Assembly: GCA_963798845.1 (NCBI GenBank)
Contig: CAWCUS010000006.1
Location: 384,001-448,000, forward strand
Source: an uncultured Gemmatimonadales bacterium
GTDB lineage: Bacteria; Gemmatimonadota; Gemmatimonadetes; Longimicrobiales; RSA9
Direction: 5' to 3'
DNA: 64,000 nt
Shown here: piece after piece, positions 59,422 through 64,000 of the stretch
Numbering within the stretch: position 1 is the first letter of the stretch
Layout: each line of letters begins with the position of its first letter
Position numbers and translations under genes: made by a program
The notes under the pieces: model-generated
What the model was told of the DNA's origin: nothing
Seen by the model: only the letters and a program-made list of their open reading frames with translations
Database searches by the model: none

Positions 59422-60734
59422 GGCGCCAGCCCCCGGAGGTCGGCCGCGCGATGAAGCGCCCGCGCCACCGCATCCACGTCCGGCTCACTCGCCCCCGGCT
59501 CGTTCAGCCGCCGCGTCGCCGCCGCGCCGTTCCCGGGCGCCCCGGTCCGCTCGAGGACGGCGGCGGGCCGCGCCGGCGGCGGTCCCACCCCCGCCGATCC
59601 GTGACCCGGCCACGCTGCGGGAAGGCCGCCAGCCGGACCACCCCGGTCCCGACCCTCCCCGACGACCCGGGGTCCGCGGCTCGTCCCGCCGCCGGGCCAA
59701 CCCTCACCGCCCGGCCCGAAGATCCCGGGATAGACGGCCGCCAGCGCTTCCCGGGCCAGCGGCTGATCCCCAGGTCCGCTCGGGGCCGGGGTCCAGGCCG
59801 CAGCCATCGCCGTCGATCTCCGAGGGGGGCGGACCTCTGCCGGGTGCCGGAGATCGGCCGCCGCAGCGCCGGCGGTCTCACCGAGCGGAGCGTCGGAGGG
59901 CGCGGACCGTCGCCCGGAACTGTGGACCGGTTCACGCTCCCTGCCGGAGGCTCCGCCGCCCACCGCCACCCGCCCAGGGGAGGCGAGGGCGCGGATTCCG
60001 TTCACCACCCCGGGTCCCCCCGGCGCGGTGAGGCCGACCGCGCCGGCCGCCGGCCGGCCACGCCCCTCGCCCGATCCGGGCGCAGGACTGCTGGCCTCCG
60101 GCCGGGGGACCGCGGCCGGGACCACCGTGAGATCCGGGATCGCCCGTGCGCGGCGGAGCAGGTCGCCCGCCAGGTCGTCGCGGACCTCTTCCAACGACTG
60201 CAGGTCCGGGATTCGCGCCCGGGCGGCCCCGGTGGGCCCATCCAGTGCGAGGGAGATCCACCCGTCGGAGTCCGCCACGGCACCCGCCTCCCGCTCCGCC
60301 TCGCCGTACGCCACTGCCAGCGCGTCCACTTCGGCCGCATCCGCGTCAGCCAGCTCCCGCGGCGACCAGCCCACCCGGCGACCCAGCACCCCCGCCTCCT
60401 CGGCGAAGCCGGGCGCGCCGGAATCGGCGCCGGCGAGGTGGAGGGCGAGGATCGAAGCGACGAGCGCCAGTGCGGGGGGAACTGGAGCTTCGTCGGCGGC
60501 AGCCCGGAGCACCGCTTCGGCCAACGCTGTCCGTGGATCCCGGCCGACCGGTCCGGCCGGCCCGTCTGCCGCGAACGCACGGGTGAGCCGCGCTCGCTCG
60601 CCGAACCGGAGCGGGCGCAGCGCGAGGCCAGGTGACTCGAGGAGTCGGAGCCCGGCGCCTTCGACGGCGATGGGAATGGAGCGGCCGGCGATGCGGGCGA
60701 TGCCTTCGCCCGGCCGCACGTCCACGCGCGCCAC
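59418..60734 (-). CDS. hypothetical CIS protein (chaperone-like N-terminus, low-complexity C-terminus)
   Basis: ORF fills the gap between tube and initiator genes; LRPLRFGER..L motif; Pro/Gly/Ala-rich second half. Confidence 0.6.
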   Translation of the reverse strand: MARVDVRPGEGIARIAGRSIPIAVEGAGLRLLESPGLALRPLRFGERARLTRAFAADGPAGPVGRDPRTALAEAVLRAAADEAPVPPALALVASILALHLAGADSGAPGFAEEAGVLGRRVGWSPRELADADAAEVDALAVAYGEAEREAGAVADSDGWISLALDGPTGAARARIPDLQSLEEVRDDLAGDLLRRARAIPDLTVVPAAVPRPEASSPAPGSGEGRGRPAAGAVGLTAPGGPGVVNGIRALASPGRVAVGGGASGREREPVHSSGRRSAPSDAPLGETAGAAAADLRHPAEVRPPRRSTAMAAAWTPAPSGPGDQPLAREALAAVYPGIFGPGGEGWPGGGTSRGPRVVGEGRDRGGPAGGLPAAWPGHGSAGVGPPPARPAAVLERTGAPGNGAAATRRLNEPGASEPDVDAVARALHRAADLRGLAP

Positions 60735-60737
60735 CGG

Positions 60738-61118
60738 CTACTGCTCCTCGCGGACCCGAGTGGCCGTGAACGCGTACACGGATTCGCCGTGGCCCCCGGT
60801 GGTCATTTCGAAGCTCTTCTCGGTGAGCAGTACCTCGTCGAACGCCACGGTGAGCGTCTCCTCGCCCCGCCGGAGCTGCGCCAGGATCTGGAGGAACTCG
60901 CCGGCCGCCCGTCCCTGGTCGAGAACGGGGCTGGTGGAGGCCACCCGGATCCGGCCATCGACGCTCACAGGCCCGCTGACCACGCCCACTCGTTCGGCCC
61001 CGCCCACGGCATAGACGCTGGTGTGCGCCGTCCGCCGCCGGTACTCGATGCCCTGCACCCCCGGCACCGCCTCCCCGTTCACCAGGATGGTGCTTTCGTT
61101 CGCCGCGAAGATCGTCAT
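60738..61118 (-). CDS. tail tube protein
   Basis: 126-aa beta-rich ORF directly after the sheath; GGAGG RBS; ends YAFTATRV. Confidence 0.75.
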   Translation of the reverse strand: MTIFAANESTILVNGEAVPGVQGIEYRRRTAHTSVYAVGGAERVGVVSGPVSVDGRIRVASTSPVLDQGRAAGEFLQILAQLRRGEETLTVAFDEVLLTEKSFEMTTGGHGESVYAFTATRVREEQ

Positions 61119-61143
61119 TCGTGCCTCCCTGACTCGCGCCGCG

Positions 61144-62841
61144 TCAGTTCTTCACGCGGATGGTGGCGTAGATGTAGTCGATGGCCCGGACGGGTCGGAC
61201 GGCGATGTCGATCCGGACGATGCCCTGGGCGAAGTCGAGCTGGGTCGAGTAGACATCCACCAGGAACGCCGGGTCGCTGCCATCGGTGGACGGGACCAGC
61301 GCCCCCTCCCGCTCCATGCGCGTGAACGTCGCCACGATCTGCTGGCGCAGCGCCGTGCGCGCGTCCGCGCTGTTGAGCTCCCCGATGAAGTTCTCCGAGA
61401 TCGCCTTCACCTCCCGGATGCACGCATCAGCCACCCGCGTCACCGAGATCTGGTCGCCCGACGTGTCCAGGCCCCGCAGCACGATCACGCCCCGGCCCGT
61501 CCGCTGCTGGACCACCAGGACGTTGTGGGTCGGGCCCAGCAGGCGGTTCAGCTCGCTCCCCGTGTAGCTCGCCGGCTCGATGCCGAACAGCGGCACCGGC
61601 TTGAACGTCGGCGAGATCTCCGGGTCCAGGCGGGCCACCAGCCCGGCCACGGCCCCCGCCGCTCCCGCGGGCGAGACCAGGACGAATCGGCGGTTGCGCA
61701 CCGCCGCCGCATGGTCCCGGATCCGGTCCAGGTTGTCCTCCTCGTTCGGCGTCACCGATCCGAACGCGATCCGCGGCGAGCCCTGGTCCGTCTGCGTCAC
61801 CGCGTGCGCTCCCAGCGACTGGTGCACCTGCCGGACGAACGCGTCCGTCCGGGTCGGCTCCACGCTCGCCAGGACCAGGTTGATCCGCGGATCCTCCGCC
61901 AGACGGTCGATCGCCGTCCGGTACTGGGCGATCGTCGGCGACGATCCGCCCGCCAGCGGAACCGGCCCCGTCGTCGCCGCCGGCAGCCTGTCCGCACCCT
62001 CCAGCGAGTTCGCCTGCCGCACCTGCACGATCTGGCTGGACGCCAGCAGCACCGCCGGCAGGTGCCGCGCGCTGTCCGGGTCCATGGTCAGCCGGGTGAA
62101 CTCCTCCTGCTGCGCTCCGTCACGGAACACCTGCACCGTCAGGTTGTCCGCGCTCCCGCCCGCGATCGTCACCGTCACGCCGTTCGGGTCCACGCCACTG
62201 TCCGGCATCAGCTCGAACAGCGCGTCCGTCTCCCCTGCCTGCGGCACCTCCACGCCGCTGCCGTCCGTCGGGAGCGCGTACATCCCCGCGGCCGGACGCG
62301 CCCCCACGAAACCGGGATCCAGAGCGACGACGTACGTCGACCGGCGATTGATCGTGTCGAACAGGTCGCTCGGGTCCCCGGGCTCCACGATCAGGTCCGG
62401 GAAGGTCTCAACCGCCGCTCCATCACGGAGCAGCCGAAGCGTGGCCCGCACCACCGTCCCGCTGGCGTCCGTCACCGCCCGCACGTCCGCAGACACCTGG
62501 CTCGACCACTCCCCCGGCACCCGTGCCCGCAGGATCACCGCCGGGTTCCCGTCCGCGTTGTTCAGCGTCACGCTCCCCACTCCCCCACCCTGAACGGGCG
62601 AGACCACCACCTCCTGCGCCCCGTTCGCCAGCAGGTGCACGATCTCCGGCGTCGACGCCGCGGTCCCCGGACCGATCAGCCCGGCCACCTCCGACGCCTT
62701 GGTCAATCCCACCAGATCCACCGGGCTCGGCGGCCGGTCCACAAGCGCCGCGATTCCCACCACACCCGACGCGGCCGGAAGAGGCGGCAGCACGTCGAAG
62801 CGCGCTTCCACGCTCACGCCGGGAACGATCAATGTGGCCAT
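61144..62841 (-). CDS. contractile tail sheath protein
   Basis: IVPGVSVE N-terminus; SPTFK, ISVTRVAD, FIGELN...R and IAVRPVRAIDYIYATI C-terminus. Confidence 0.93.
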   Translation of the reverse strand: MATLIVPGVSVEARFDVLPPLPAASGVVGIAALVDRPPSPVDLVGLTKASEVAGLIGPGTAASTPEIVHLLANGAQEVVVSPVQGGGVGSVTLNNADGNPAVILRARVPGEWSSQVSADVRAVTDASGTVVRATLRLLRDGAAVETFPDLIVEPGDPSDLFDTINRRSTYVVALDPGFVGARPAAGMYALPTDGSGVEVPQAGETDALFELMPDSGVDPNGVTVTIAGGSADNLTVQVFRDGAQQEEFTRLTMDPDSARHLPAVLLASSQIVQVRQANSLEGADRLPAATTGPVPLAGGSSPTIAQYRTAIDRLAEDPRINLVLASVEPTRTDAFVRQVHQSLGAHAVTQTDQGSPRIAFGSVTPNEEDNLDRIRDHAAAVRNRRFVLVSPAGAAGAVAGLVARLDPEISPTFKPVPLFGIEPASYTGSELNRLLGPTHNVLVVQQRTGRGVIVLRGLDTSGDQISVTRVADACIREVKAISENFIGELNSADARTALRQQIVATFTRMEREGALVPSTDGSDPAFLVDVYSTQLDFAQGIVRIDIAVRPVRAIDYIYATIRVKN

Positions 62842-63036
62842 GGACTCCCCCCTGGTACGGGACTCAAACCCTGGCGACGCGCGGCCACCTCCGACGCCGG
62901 CGGCGAACCGGAAGGCCGGATGGCACGGTCGATGGACGGCTCCTCACGAGAGCGGGCACACGGCTCGACAGCTTGGACGGGGTTCCCTCAGGCAGTCGGC
63001 AGGCTGGCAGCCGCGGCCCCGAAGCGAATGGATTCC

Positions 63037-63066
63037 ACAGTAGTCAAGGGCGCACCGGTGCGTCAA
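63037..63066 (-). promoter_or_regulatory. candidate sigma70-like promoter of the CIS operon with palindromic spacer
   Basis: Minus strand TTGACG-N18-TACTGT; perfect palindrome CGCACCGGTGCG at 63051-63062. Confidence 0.45.
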
Positions 63067-63173
63067 TGAATATCATTCTCACCGCCGCGACGCCCCGCTC
63101 TTGCGGCTGGCGGGCGCGGGCGGGGCGCTCAGAATGAGAGGCGGCCGGGCGGGAAGCCGGGCGGGCGAAAGCG

Positions 63174-63995
63174 TCAAGTGGGAGCGTGGAGCTTCCAGCG
63201 CTGGAGCTCGTCCATCGGACGTTCCCGGGCGCTGCGAAATCCCAGGTCGAGCCACGGCATGAATCGGCCCTCGGCGTCGCTCTCGAGGGCGAAGTAGACG
63301 CGCTCGAGGCGTTCCCCGATGCTCTCGGGCACCGAGCCATCGAGCGGGGAGAAGGTGTTCTTCTGCATGATGGTGCCCATGACCCAGGCGGTGGCGGCGG
63401 AGATCCGGTGTGGGAGCTCGTTTTCGAGGCGCTGCAGGAAGCCGCCCGCTTCCTCCCGCAGGCGCTCCATCTCGGGATCGAGGTGCTGGTAGACCTCCTC
63501 CCAGGCCAGCCGGTCGATGCGCTCGAGGGTGGCATCGATCGAGGTGGCGAAGGCGCCGACGTGCGCCAGCCAGTCCGGCTGCGGGTGGCCTTCGAGGTCG
63601 CGAGCCAGCTCGGTGCACGCGACCCTGACCGTGGCGCTCCAGCCGTCCGCCATGTCGGGGGCGAGATAGGCGAGATTCTGGCTGCGCCAGATGAAGTAGA
63701 GGAGCGCGGCGAGGAGCGGGGTGGCGACGGGGGCCGCGCTCCCGGGGAGCGCCCCCTTTCTCTGGAGCCGGGCGACGAGGCTGTCGGTGAAGGCGACGGT
63801 CTCGCGCATGTCCTCGAACCGGTTCCCGTGTCCGAAGACGACGGCGTTCCAGTAGATGTCGTCGGGGGTGCGTTCCGGCTGGCGGAGCTCGACCGAGCCG
63901 GCGACCGCCTCCTGCTGCGCCTGGGCGTCGGTGATGGCATCCATCAGTGCGCGCATCTCGTCCTGGTCGCCGGGTTCCGCTCCGGTCGTCCGCAT
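63174..63995 (-). CDS. hypothetical protein (start may lie beyond the window)
   Basis: 273-aa helical ORF with plausible codon usage; no family recognised. Confidence 0.7.
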   Translation of the reverse strand: MRTTGAEPGDQDEMRALMDAITDAQAQQEAVAGSVELRQPERTPDDIYWNAVVFGHGNRFEDMRETVAFTDSLVARLQRKGALPGSAAPVATPLLAALLYFIWRSQNLAYLAPDMADGWSATVRVACTELARDLEGHPQPDWLAHVGAFATSIDATLERIDRLAWEEVYQHLDPEMERLREEAGGFLQRLENELPHRISAATAWVMGTIMQKNTFSPLDGSVPESIGERLERVYFALESDAEGRFMPWLDLGFRSARERPMDELQRWKLHAPT

Positions 63996-64000
63996 CTCGA

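Larger units (their letters stand above)
37939..62841 (-). other. contractile injection system (eCIS/tailocin-like) operon
   Basis: 16 co-directional, mostly overlapping genes including sheath, tube, hub, spike, PAAR, gp25 and baseplate J; no capsid, terminase, integrase or T6SS membrane complex in the window. Confidence 0.9.

Noticed and set aside
37939..62841. Prophage or classical T6SS
   Set aside because: No capsid, portal, terminase, integrase or replication genes, and no TssJLM/TssK/ClpV or split TssB/C in the window.
62842..63036. Riboswitch in the CIS leader
   Set aside because: No c-di-GMP, cobalamin or other aptamer consensus recognised by eye.

Overview
High-GC bacterial chromosomal segment. 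Gene content (two PadR + duplicated orphan ABC-permease pairs) suggests Gemmatimonadota/Acidobacteriota, which is inference only. 1-28.7 kb is mostly housekeeping: an M20 deacylase, 7Fe ferredoxin, PduO-type adenosyltransferase, LD-carboxypeptidase, class III aminotransferase, Pfk, a GyrA/ParC-type subunit lacking the GyrA-box, and proline dehydrogenase. It also holds a coupled reductase-SPT-GNAT operon matching the bacterial ceramide pathway and a small CxxU Rdx selenoprotein with a SECIS-like hairpin that the ORF track truncates. 28.9-35.4 kb is a coupled operon of an N6-adenine DNA methyltransferase, a catalytically degenerate PLD-like protein and an SNF2 helicase, ending at tRNA-Asn(GTT). 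37.9-62.8 kb (minus strand) is a ~25 kb capsid-less contractile injection system (CIS) operon: sheath, tube, hub, spike, PAAR, gp25, baseplate J, wedge, fibre-like proteins and a ~1,100-aa helical protein. It ends in a 2,069-aa protein with a miniature RHS core and a zincin-like domain apparently split by large beta-repeat insertions. A short Afp15/Pvc15-like AAA ATPase lies on the opposite strand. Two genes carry apparent indel frameshifts, possibly assembly errors. All family calls come from motif recognition; no database searches were run.
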